A stretch of DNA of 64,000 nucleotides, taken from positions 186,001-250,000 of IMG/VR virus record IMGVR_UViG_3300029258_002750. The stretch is one strand, 5' to 3'. Position numbers and translations under genes: made by a program. The notes below the pieces were generated by a model. That model was not told where the DNA came from. It was given only the letters and a program-made list of their open reading frames with translations, and ran no database searches. This document shows, piece by piece, positions 18,115-26,255 of the stretch (the stretch's first letter is position 1; each line of letters begins with the position of its first letter).

Positions 18115-18909
18115 ATGCCGTCGCTCGAGTTCGGAGAACGGACCGGCCACATCGACCTGATCGACTTCGATCAGGGCGTGGTCGAAGGTCTCGGCGCCCA
18201 GCTCGATCCAGAGAAGAACCAGTACTACCTTCCGCTCGAGGGCGTCTTCGTCGAGCCTGAGAACAGCAACGACGCGCCGATCAAGATCGAGCGCGCGTTA
18301 GTCGGGTTCAAGCAGTCCGAGCCCACCGACCAGGAGTGGGAGCTGCCATGCGTCCTGGTCATTCGCGACGACGCAACCCCGTCTCAGCAGCGCGTCTGGT
18401 CGCCGACGCTGTCGTACCGCCTTCCCGCCGAGGGAGCCACTCCGATCTCGGTCGGCCCCGACCTGGGCTGGTCTCACTACGAGATCAAGGAGAAGGAGTG
18501 GCCCTACGACTTCACCTACACGATCGAGTGCTGGAGCCGCCATCGGACCGTCGCCCAGGTGCTTCTCCAGATGGTCATGGTTCGGTATCCTCTCTACGGT
18601 GATGTGACGGTGGTGGATGGGCTCGGGGTCGAGCGCACTTACCACACGTTTCAGGAGGGGACAGCGGATCTCACGGAGATCAACTCGCTCGTCGATCGGG
18701 TGTGCGGGTACAGTGTGTCGCTTCGCGTCGAAGGGGAGCTGACGCTCGACAAGGTGCCCAAGGTCGTTCCGGGATTCGTCGGAGGGACGCAGCCTGATCC
18801 AATCGAGCCGGTCGATCCGAACAACCCTGGACCTGATCCGGGAGGCGGCGGCCTCTACGGTGATGGCCAGCCGATCAAGCGGGTGACCGCCATAGGGAGA
18901 GACGAATGA
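18115..18909 (+). CDS. Putative tail completion/terminator protein
   Basis: PYDFTYTIECWSRHRTVAQVLLQMVM fold pattern, two genes upstream of the sheath. ATG 18115 preferred as start. Confidence 0.5.
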   Translation: MPSLEFGERTGHIDLIDFDQGVVEGLGAQLDPEKNQYYLPLEGVFVEPENSNDAPIKIERALVGFKQSEPTDQEWELPCVLVIRDDATPSQQRVWSPTLSYRLPAEGATPISVGPDLGWSHYEIKEKEWPYDFTYTIECWSRHRTVAQVLLQMVMVRYPLYGDVTVVDGLGVERTYHTFQEGTADLTEINSLVDRVCGYSVSLRVEGELTLDKVPKVVPGFVGGTQPDPIEPVDPNNPGPDPGGGGLYGDGQPIKRVTAIGRDE

Positions 18910-19226
18910 GGACTCAGTACTACCAGGTCACCGGGCGCGGTCCGTGGATGGTGGACTTTCCCGGAGGCGTGACGAAGGCGCACCGTCCCGGCCAGATCTT
19001 CGAGGCCAGCCCCTCCAACAAGGGAGTCGTGCGCGGCCTGCGCGCGAAGCGCCTCCGCAAGCTGTCCGATCGCGAGGCCAACGCCCTCCGCGCGACGAAG
19101 CAGGCGACCGTGGTCAAGCCGAAGCCCGCACCAGCTCCCAAGAAGACCTCACCGGCCCGGCCGACCAGGGCGGCCAGGCCGGACGACACCCCCATCGTGA
19201 TCACCGACGACGACGAGCCCAAGTAG
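18906..19226 (+). CDS. Hypothetical protein
   Basis: 106-aa basic ORF, ATGA coupled, immediately before the sheath. Confidence 0.65.
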   Translation: MRTQYYQVTGRGPWMVDFPGGVTKAHRPGQIFEASPSNKGVVRGLRAKRLRKLSDREANALRATKQATVVKPKPAPAPKKTSPARPTRAARPDDTPIVITDDDEPK

Positions 19227-19269
19227 GGTGCTCGGTCCGCAATCAGCCAAGAGAGCTTAGGAGAGCGCC

Positions 19270-22050
19270 GTGGCCCAACTCGAAATCCTCAGCCCAGGTG
19301 TCTACGGCTTCGAGAAGGAGCCGTCCCGTGCCCCCGAGGGCATCTCTCCCGCGAAGGCCGGGTTCGTCGGCTGGACCGACGAGGGTCCGAGCAATACGCC
19401 AGTCGAGGTTCGCTCGACCGTCGAGTTCGAGCGTGTCTTCGGACCGATCTCGTCGTTAGGTCTGGTCCCGATCGGGATCCAGGGCTTCTTCGGGAACGGT
19501 GGCCAGCGGGCCTACATCGTCCGCGTGGTCCCGTCCGACGCCATCTCGGCGTGGGCGGACATCGACCCGACGCCCGGTCCCACCAAGTGGACCTTCACCA
19601 TGAAGGGGGAGGGGACCTGGGGCAACGACACCCGGATCCACATCCGAGGGAACCGCAACTTCCTCGATCGGACGGCCGGTGCCGAGCAGTGGGAGAAGTT
19701 CGACCTGCTCGTCCTCCGTCCTTCGGAGTACGACGCGTCGATCCTCGTCTCCGAGGAGACCTACGAGGCGGTCCAGTTCACCGACCCGGACGCGGCCGAC
19801 TACGTCACCACCGTCCTGACCGATCCCCGGAAGCCGTCTCAGCTGGTGGAGATCACCGAGGGCGCGGGCGGCACGCCCAGCGGGCTGATCCCCTCCTACG
19901 AGGAGGACGAGGTGCTGGTGGCCGGTGGCTCGGTCAACGGCATCGACACCAACTTCTCCGGGACGCTCGCCCAGGGCGCCTGCCTGGACAACACGCTGCG
20001 GATCGTCGCGGCCGACGCCCAGGTGGACGACGAGGCGCAGACGCCGACACCGGCGATCGACGGGATCGTGACGACCTTCGCGATCACCCTGCCGACGACG
20101 CCGGTGCTCGACGGCAGCCTGCGGATGTTCTACGCCAAGGTCGGCGACCAGGTCGACAACCTCGGCAGTGGTCCGTTCGCGGTCGGCACGGTCAACGGCA
20201 TCGACACGGCCTTCCAGATCGCGGCCGGTGCGCTGACCGCTCCGGTCCACCGGGAGAACACCGTCTTCCGTATCCGCTACGCGGTACCGGCTGGCGGATC
20301 GCCGTGGGTGCCCATCGGCGCGGCCACGCCCGGCCAGATCTACGACCTCGCCTCCACGCCGATTCCAGGCGTCACCCCGTCCACTCCGGTTCACCCTGGC
20401 ACGCTGGCCATCGCGGTGACGACTGTGGACGACGGTGCCCAGGTCATCCTCGACGACGGCGCTGGGAACCTCATCAACCCGCTCGTCTTCCAGGGCGGCA
20501 CCGGGACCATCGACTACACCACCGGCGCCATGACCGGGCAGACGCTCGGCTCGCTCGGCGGCGGCCTCGCCGGTGGCTCCCCGGTGACGGTGACCTACGA
20601 TGAGTCGGACATCATCACCAAGGCGGCGGCCACCGACAACATGGCCCAGGCGGTGGCTCTCGCGGGCGCGATCGGCGCGGGCACGAACGCGATCGACCTG
20701 GTGGACAGCGTCACGGCGCCTACCCAGAGCGGCCTGATCGACTTCACGACCTCGACTCCGCCGCAGAGCGGCACCAACATCCTGGTGGACTACGTGCCGC
20801 TCGGGATCGTGAACGGCGACGTGGCCGGGGATCTGACCGAGCTGGGCGGTGTCGCGGGCGCGGCCGGGTCGGCCGACTACGTCACCGGCGCCGTGGCGCT
20901 CACCACGCTGCTGGCTCCGAGGGCAGCCACCACGATCGACGCCGACTACCAGTCGGGCCAGGTCGCGACCGACGACGGCCTCGGCAACCTGGTCGGGGAT
21001 GTGGACGCGGCCGGGACCAACACGATCGACTACGACACTGGCGCCTACGACATCACCTGGGACAGCGCACCCACGGCGGGCACCGACATCCTGGGCAACT
21101 ACACCGGCCTCGCGAGCGACGTCGAGTGGCAGATGTCCGGCGGCGTCAACGGCTCTGCCGTCACCCGCGCGGACATCTCGGCCGCCGCGCTCGAATCCAG
21201 CAAGCAGGGCATCTACGCCCTGGATCTGGTCGAGGAGCCGCTCAACGTCGTGGTGCCCGACTTCGAGGGTTCGGAGTTCGTCCAGTTCGACATGGTGCAG
21301 TTCGCCAAGAACCGGCCCGACCTGCGCTACCTGATCATGGGCTACGCCAACGGGACGACCGTGAGCGAGGCGATCAAGTACATCCAGGTGGACCAGGCGT
21401 GGGACGAGAAGATCGGGGCGATGTACTACCCCAACGTCTACTTCGTCAACCCGCTCACCGATCGGGTCGAGCTGGTGCCGATCACTCCGCTCGTGGCGGG
21501 CGTCTACGCACGCACGGCGAACACCAAGAACGTCGGGAAGGCTCCGGGCGGTGTCGAAGACGGCGCGCTCAACGCGGTTGGCGTCGTCGCCGCCGAGTTC
21601 GTGCTGGAGAAGTCGGACCGGGACAACCTCTACCAGTCGCGGATCAATCCGATCATCTCCAGCGACGCGACCGGGATCGCCGTCTGGGGAGTGCGCAGCC
21701 TCTCGCGCGAGACGCGCTGGCGCTACATCAACGCGCGCACGCTGCACAACTTCCTGATGTACGCGACCAGCCTGAACCTCCAGTGGGCGGTGTTCGAGAA
21801 CAACGGCCCGCCGCTCTGGGCGAAGATCGAGACCGCGCTGAAGGGCTACTACGGCAGCCTCTTCCGGCTCGGCTACTTCGCAGGCCAGAACGAGGACGAG
21901 GCGTTCTTCGTGACGTGCAACGCCACGAACAACAACGCCTCGACCGTGGCGGAGGGCAAGGCGATCATCGACATCGGATTCAACCCCGGCACCCCGGCGG
22001 AGTTCATCACCTTCACCCTCCAGCAGCCGGTCGGCACGCAGACCTCGTAG
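19270..22050 (+). CDS. Tail sheath protein with large inserted surface domains
   Basis: N-terminal LSPGVYGFE...GFVGWTDEGPSNTPVEV...EFERVFG. C-terminal RDNLYQSRINPI...VWGVRSL...RYINAR...PGTPAEFITF. Confidence 0.93.
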   Translation: MAQLEILSPGVYGFEKEPSRAPEGISPAKAGFVGWTDEGPSNTPVEVRSTVEFERVFGPISSLGLVPIGIQGFFGNGGQRAYIVRVVPSDAISAWADIDPTPGPTKWTFTMKGEGTWGNDTRIHIRGNRNFLDRTAGAEQWEKFDLLVLRPSEYDASILVSEETYEAVQFTDPDAADYVTTVLTDPRKPSQLVEITEGAGGTPSGLIPSYEEDEVLVAGGSVNGIDTNFSGTLAQGACLDNTLRIVAADAQVDDEAQTPTPAIDGIVTTFAITLPTTPVLDGSLRMFYAKVGDQVDNLGSGPFAVGTVNGIDTAFQIAAGALTAPVHRENTVFRIRYAVPAGGSPWVPIGAATPGQIYDLASTPIPGVTPSTPVHPGTLAIAVTTVDDGAQVILDDGAGNLINPLVFQGGTGTIDYTTGAMTGQTLGSLGGGLAGGSPVTVTYDESDIITKAAATDNMAQAVALAGAIGAGTNAIDLVDSVTAPTQSGLIDFTTSTPPQSGTNILVDYVPLGIVNGDVAGDLTELGGVAGAAGSADYVTGAVALTTLLAPRAATTIDADYQSGQVATDDGLGNLVGDVDAAGTNTIDYDTGAYDITWDSAPTAGTDILGNYTGLASDVEWQMSGGVNGSAVTRADISAAALESSKQGIYALDLVEEPLNVVVPDFEGSEFVQFDMVQFAKNRPDLRYLIMGYANGTTVSEAIKYIQVDQAWDEKIGAMYYPNVYFVNPLTDRVELVPITPLVAGVYARTANTKNVGKAPGGVEDGALNAVGVVAAEFVLEKSDRDNLYQSRINPIISSDATGIAVWGVRSLSRETRWRYINARTLHNFLMYATSLNLQWAVFENNGPPLWAKIETALKGYYGSLFRLGYFAGQNEDEAFFVTCNATNNNASTVAEGKAIIDIGFNPGTPAEFITFTLQQPVGTQTS

Positions 22051-22079
22051 GGGTCGGGCAGACGAGATAGGAGACTGAC

Positions 22080-22565
22080 ATGGCTCGTGCAGCGTCCACT
22101 GATCCGTATTTGAACTACAGGTTTCACGTGGTCGATCCGGCCGGGGGGCATCTCGATCCCGTCGCCGGGTTCTCGACCGTCTCGACGCCCGAGGTCAGCA
22201 TCGACCCGGCGGAGTACCGCGAGGGCGTGTACCGCTGGACCCGGAAGTACCCGGGCATCCAGACGGTGGGCGAGTGCCAGCTGATGAAGGGCACCGTCCA
22301 GCGCGAGAGCGACTTCTACAAGTGGCTCATCGACGTGATCAACGGCGCGGCGGACACCTACCGCTCCGACCTGATGATCATGGAGTTCCACATCACCGAC
22401 GAGTTCGGGATCGACGGGTCGCCTTCCCGGATCATGCGCCTGCGCGAGTGCTGGCCCTCCACGGTGAAGCCGATGGCGGACAAGGACGCCACCGGCTCCG
22501 AGGTCGCTCTCCAAGAGCTGACCCTCACCGTCGAGGAGCTGGAGGTGGAGATCATCTCGGCGTAG
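22080..22565 (+). CDS. Tail tube protein (T4 gp19/eCIS-like)
   Basis: DPYLNYRFHV...AGFSTVSTPE...EYREG...KYPG...CWP...EVALQELTLTVE. Confidence 0.9.
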   Translation: MARAASTDPYLNYRFHVVDPAGGHLDPVAGFSTVSTPEVSIDPAEYREGVYRWTRKYPGIQTVGECQLMKGTVQRESDFYKWLIDVINGAADTYRSDLMIMEFHITDEFGIDGSPSRIMRLRECWPSTVKPMADKDATGSEVALQELTLTVEELEVEIISA

Positions 22566-22606
22566 CGTCGAGGTCAGCGCAGACCAGACACCAGAAAGAG
22601 GACGTG

Positions 22607-22915
22607 ATGAGCCACTTCGACAAGCTGGCGGGCCTGACCGAGCAGGAAGAGCAGGGCGATCAGGACGACGGCCGGAACCCGCTGCACGAGATGATGGGCA
22701 TGATGCCCCGCCGCTACCTCAACAAGCGCGACCTCCAGTACGCGCTCGAGGATGCGGCGACCACGTGCGATCGGATGTGGAAGGAGAAGAAGCGCTTCGC
22801 GAAGGGCGACGAGCTGGGAAAGATGAAGCCCAAGTACGACGCCCTCGTTTCCGCGCTCAAAGCCGCCGCAAAGGCGGCCGAGGCGTGCGCCGACGCCCAG
22901 GACGACAAGTACTAG
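22607..22915 (+). CDS. Hypothetical helical protein, candidate internal head protein
   Basis: ATG 22607 after AGAGGA. N-terminus MSHFDKLAGLTE. Confidence 0.65.
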   Translation: MSHFDKLAGLTEQEEQGDQDDGRNPLHEMMGMMPRRYLNKRDLQYALEDAATTCDRMWKEKKRFAKGDELGKMKPKYDALVSALKAAAKAAEACADAQDDKY

Positions 22916-22920
22916 GCGTC

Positions 22921-23751
22921 GTGAGTCTGTTCGAGCGGGTCGTTCCATCTGACGCCCGCCTTCTGCACGAGGGCATCTTCGATCCGCATATCCTGAAAGC
23001 GATCTTTCTGGGCGGCGGCATGGGATCCGGCAAATCGTGGACTGCCGGAACGATGTTCGGGAAGCTCGGCAGCCAGCTCGGCGGAGCCTTCGGGCTCAAG
23101 ACCCTGAGCGTGGATGAGATCTACGCTTGGCGCGTCAAGCAGAAGGGCCTCGATCTCAAGACGGCCTTCGAGGTGCCGACCGACAACCCGAAGTTCCCAT
23201 CGATCGGGAAGGAGCTGCACGACCGCTCGTGGTACACGATGATGAATCAGCGCGCGCACTTCGCGCGTGGGCGACTCGGCGTGATCGTCGATGGCACGGC
23301 CAAGAACCCCACCTACATCCTGAAAGGCAAGAAGGCGCTCGAAGACCTCGGCTACGACTGCTCGATGGTGATGGTGGTCACACCGATCGAAGTGGCTCGC
23401 GAGCGCAACCAGGCGCGCGGCCGGACCGTCCCGGATGCGGACGTGGTCGCCTCGCATCAGGCGGTCGCGAAGGCTGGTCAGACCTACAAGAAGAAGTTCG
23501 GCCATCGCTACTACGAGATCGAGAACAAGGGGACGTACGACACGGGCAGCGCCGAGTTTCGTACCGAGATCGAGCCGAAGATGCACCGGATGGCCTCGAA
23601 GATTCTCGCCAAACCGCTAGAGAACCCGAAGGGGAAGGCGTGGGTCGAGGGCCAACTGGCCGGAGCGCCTGAACACCTCAAGCGGAAGGTCTACTCCGGC
23701 CTGGGCATTCGGCCGAAGAAGAGGAAGCGGCGGAAGCTCAAGACGCGGTAG
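22921..23751 (+). CDS. P-loop kinase (Zeta-toxin/AAA_33-like)
   Basis: HEGIFDPHILKAIFLGGGMGSGKSW (Walker A), GVIVDGTA, VARERNQARGRTVP. GTG start at 22921. Confidence 0.8.
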   Translation: MSLFERVVPSDARLLHEGIFDPHILKAIFLGGGMGSGKSWTAGTMFGKLGSQLGGAFGLKTLSVDEIYAWRVKQKGLDLKTAFEVPTDNPKFPSIGKELHDRSWYTMMNQRAHFARGRLGVIVDGTAKNPTYILKGKKALEDLGYDCSMVMVVTPIEVARERNQARGRTVPDADVVASHQAVAKAGQTYKKKFGHRYYEIENKGTYDTGSAEFRTEIEPKMHRMASKILAKPLENPKGKAWVEGQLAGAPEHLKRKVYSGLGIRPKKRKRRKLKTR

Positions 23752-23760
23752 GATGGGCGC

Positions 23761-24288
23761 ATGGCCAGATCGGTGAACTCAGACCCGCTCTTGAGTCACA
23801 ACTTCGCGCTGCTCGACGTCCCCGTCGCTGGCGTCTTCCCCACCGCGTTCCCACTGAAGTCCGCCCAGTCCGCCATCAACAACGGGAGCTACATCGGCTT
23901 CCAGTCGATCTCGATCCCCGAGATGACGATGGACGTGAAGGACATCCGCGAGGGGAACTGGCCGTACGTGCACCGGGTGCCGCAGGGCTACGTTACCGGC
24001 GGCGACTGCACGCTCCGGTTCGCGGTCTTCAACACGAACCTTGATATGTACCTCTGGTTCATGCAGGTCGTCTGGGGCCGCGTCGCGCCCCGGCGGAGCT
24101 TCATCGTCGTGCAGACGAGGAACCAGAAGGTCATTCCACAGCGGATGCTCTGGATGCGGGACGCCATTCCCACTACGTGGAAGCCCGCGACCGACCTGGA
24201 CGCCTCGGGTTCCGAGGTCGTGATGGAGGAGCTGACTCTCTCCGTTCAGCGGGTCACGGTCCTGCCGCTTCCCGTGCCCCAGGTCTAG
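23761..24288 (+). CDS. Second gp19-like tail tube protein
   Basis: DPLLSHNF...GFQSISIPEM...REGN...AIPTTWKPATDLDASGSEVVMEELTL. Paralogue of 22080-22565. Confidence 0.85.
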   Translation: MARSVNSDPLLSHNFALLDVPVAGVFPTAFPLKSAQSAINNGSYIGFQSISIPEMTMDVKDIREGNWPYVHRVPQGYVTGGDCTLRFAVFNTNLDMYLWFMQVVWGRVAPRRSFIVVQTRNQKVIPQRMLWMRDAIPTTWKPATDLDASGSEVVMEELTLSVQRVTVLPLPVPQV

Positions 24289-24292
24289 GGGG

Positions 24293-24340
24293 TTGCGCCG
24301 TCCAGCTGCGTGAGGCAGAATGCCTCCTCAAGTGAGGAGG
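24293..24340 (+). promoter_or_regulatory. Promoter (TTGCGC-N17-CAGAAT) with perfect palindrome CCTCCTCA-AG-TGAGGAGG covering the RBS
   Basis: Inverted repeat at 24323-24340 whose right arm is the Shine-Dalgarno of the RHH gene. Confidence 0.6.
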
Positions 24341-24348
24341 TCTTCCTC

Positions 24349-24834
24349 ATGGAAGCCAGCTTGAAGCCCCGTCTCAACTTTGTCATTCCAGAGGACTTAG
24401 ACGACACGCTCGCGTCCTACTGCGAGGAGACCGGCCGCTCCCAGAGTGAGGTCATCCGCCAGGTCGTGCTGGAGTGGCTCGACGGGGACAGGCGCCTGCC
24501 CGCGCCCGCGCGTGTGCACCCGTCTGGTCGACGTACCAACATGCAGCTCTCCCACGTCCTCCGGGGCGCTCTGGAGGCCAAAATCAAGGAGGAGGGCCAC
24601 GGGACCATCTCCGCCGTGATCGAGGCTCTCCTGCGCTCCTACGTGGCCCACAGGGGCAACGGAGGGGACGGCACGACCATCGTTCGGGTCGCTCTCCCGA
24701 CCGGGGTCTACGACGAGCTGTTCGTCTTCTGCCAGCGTTGGGGATGGACCGTCGCAGACGGTCTCAAGGTGCTGGCCGAGAGTCCAGAGAGGTTCGAGCG
24801 CTTGGTGAGGTACGCGCTCGAGAAGGAGGCATAA
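24349..24834 (+). CDS. Tandem ribbon-helix-helix (CopG/Arc-like) DNA-binding protein
   Basis: RLNFVIPEDLDDTLASYCEETGRSQSEVIRQVV, RTNMQLSHVLRGALEAKIKEEGHGTISAVIEALL and a third VRVALPTGVYDEL unit. ATG 24349 follows GAGGAGG. Confidence 0.75.
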   Translation: MEASLKPRLNFVIPEDLDDTLASYCEETGRSQSEVIRQVVLEWLDGDRRLPAPARVHPSGRRTNMQLSHVLRGALEAKIKEEGHGTISAVIEALLRSYVAHRGNGGDGTTIVRVALPTGVYDELFVFCQRWGWTVADGLKVLAESPERFERLVRYALEKEA

Positions 24835-24894
24835 GTGCCAGGAATTGTTGATGTTCCGGGGGTAGAGGTGTTCGGCAAGGGCCGTGGGCGATGA
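24835..24894 (+). pseudogene. Stranded original 5' end of the tail chaperone gene (19-codon minigene MPGIVDVPGVEVFGKGRGR*)
   Basis: 17 of the first 18 aa match the N-terminus of the gene at 26240. Has an AAGGAGG RBS, abuts the RHH stop, and its TGA overlaps ATG 24891. Confidence 0.85.
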
Positions 24895-25226
24895 AGGACT
24901 ACGCCCGGGACGACAACGGCGACATCGTGCTCCGCGCCTACGAGATTCCCTATCGGCCGCAGTACGTGCTCACGTTCACGCCGGGCGAGTTCGGCCCGGA
25001 CGCTAGCTCGCTACCGTCTGGGGAGTGGGACCAGGACTACCCCGGCTTTCGCTTCCACCTGTCGCCCGAAGCGCTGGCGCTGGTCGCCGAGCAGGGCGCC
25101 AACCGAGATGACGGGTTCCAGCGGATCGAGGTCATCTGGGATGCCACGGACCCCGGTCCGGTGAAGCTCCGAGCGACGCAGGCTGTGACCGAGGAGCAGC
25201 TCGCTTCTTTGGGAGGGGGCGACTAA
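24891..25226 (+). CDS. Hypothetical protein (cassette cargo)
   Basis: 111-aa ORF, ATGA coupled to the minigene. No recognisable motif. Confidence 0.65.
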   Translation: MKDYARDDNGDIVLRAYEIPYRPQYVLTFTPGEFGPDASSLPSGEWDQDYPGFRFHLSPEALALVAEQGANRDDGFQRIEVIWDATDPGPVKLRATQAVTEEQLASLGGGD

Positions 25227-25236
25227 GTGCTACTAT
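25209..25236 (+). promoter_or_regulatory. Internal promoter for the nuclease gene (TTGGGA-N16, extended -10 TGCTACTAT)
   Basis: TGn-TACTAT at 25228-25236, GGAGGT RBS at 25251, ATG at 25260. Confidence 0.55.
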
Positions 25237-25259
25237 GTCTGCGGAAACGCGGAGGTAGT

Positions 25260-26255
25260 ATGGGACGCCCGAGGACCAACGTGTCTGCGGCGAAGCGTGC
25301 CGAGGTGCGCTGTCGATACAAGGCCGGAGCTACGCTGGATGAGGTCTCGGCTGCGACTGGGTTGTCCGTCTGGCTCGTCCGTCGCGAGCTGGGGCGCACG
25401 CGCCGTCATCCGGCACGCAAGCGGCATCTGTTCGCGGATGATCCGAGCGCGCGGGCCGAGATTGTCAGTCGCTACGAGGCCGGGGAGTCGGTCAACTGGT
25501 TGGCCGAGTGGTTCGAGTGCTCGGCGAGCCCGATCAAGCGCGTGCTGCTCGAAGAGGGTGTCGATGTTCGCGGACGAGACAGGTGTCGCGGCTTCACCTT
25601 CCGCGATCGGCTGGGTCGCGTGTTCTTCTTCCGATCTTCGTGGGAGGCGAAGACCGCCGCCTGGCTCGATGCGCGCAGGTTCAACTGGGACTACGAGGTC
25701 GAGCAGTTCGACGACTACCTGCCGGACTTCTGGATCTACAACAGCGGTGGCGAGATCGACTACTTGATCGAGGTCAAAGGCTGGCTCTCCCCGGAGGGTG
25801 CCGAGAAGATCGAGCGCTTTCGGGAGAGGCATTCAGAGATCAGATTGAAGCTGTGGCGCAAGGCCCAGCTGAAGAGGCGCGGGATCTTGGACCTACGACC
25901 GGAGACGCTAGTCGATCACAGGTTCCGCACGCGCATGAATCGGGCGGTGCGCAAGCAGATCATCAAGCTCTACGAGAGCGGCATGTCGGCGATCGAGGTT
26001 GGACGCGAGGTCGGGCGTGCGAAGTCGAGTGTGCTGCGTGTGCTCCACATCGCCGGTGTGGTTCGCGGTGTGTCCGAAGCCAAGCTGCTCAACTCCAGCT
26101 TCGCACCATCGAAGAGAAACAAAGCGGAACAGCTCTACAGGAAGGGGCTGTCGCTGAACGAGGTGTCAGAGAAGATCGGTGTTCCGTTGGGCACCGTCTA
26201 CGACGAGTTACGCAAGCGAGGCGTGGTCAGGAGGAAAGCGTGCCGGGGATCGTAG
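25260..26255 (+). CDS. PD-(D/E)xK endonuclease flanked by multiple HTH repeats (homing endonuclease-like)
   Basis: FRSSWEAKTAAWLD...WDYE...YLPDFWI...LIEVKGW nuclease core. Four HTH-like segments of the Y.xG.S..E(I/V) type. Confidence 0.8.
   Translation: MGRPRTNVSAAKRAEVRCRYKAGATLDEVSAATGLSVWLVRRELGRTRRHPARKRHLFADDPSARAEIVSRYEAGESVNWLAEWFECSASPIKRVLLEEGVDVRGRDRCRGFTFRDRLGRVFFFRSSWEAKTAAWLDARRFNWDYEVEQFDDYLPDFWIYNSGGEIDYLIEVKGWLSPEGAEKIERFRERHSEIRLKLWRKAQLKRRGILDLRPETLVDHRFRTRMNRAVRKQIIKLYESGMSAIEVGREVGRAKSSVLRVLHIAGVVRGVSEAKLLNSSFAPSKRNKAEQLYRKGLSLNEVSEKIGVPLGTVYDELRKRGVVRRKACRGS

Noticed and set aside
25508-26239. N-terminal extension of the 543-aa ORF
   Set aside because: Overlaps the nuclease gene out of frame. 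The real start is GTG 26240 with an AGGAGG RBS.
25260-26255. T4 gp4-like head completion nuclease
   Set aside because: The RSSWE motif is shared, but multiple HTHs, an own promoter and the flanking duplication point to a mobile endonuclease.
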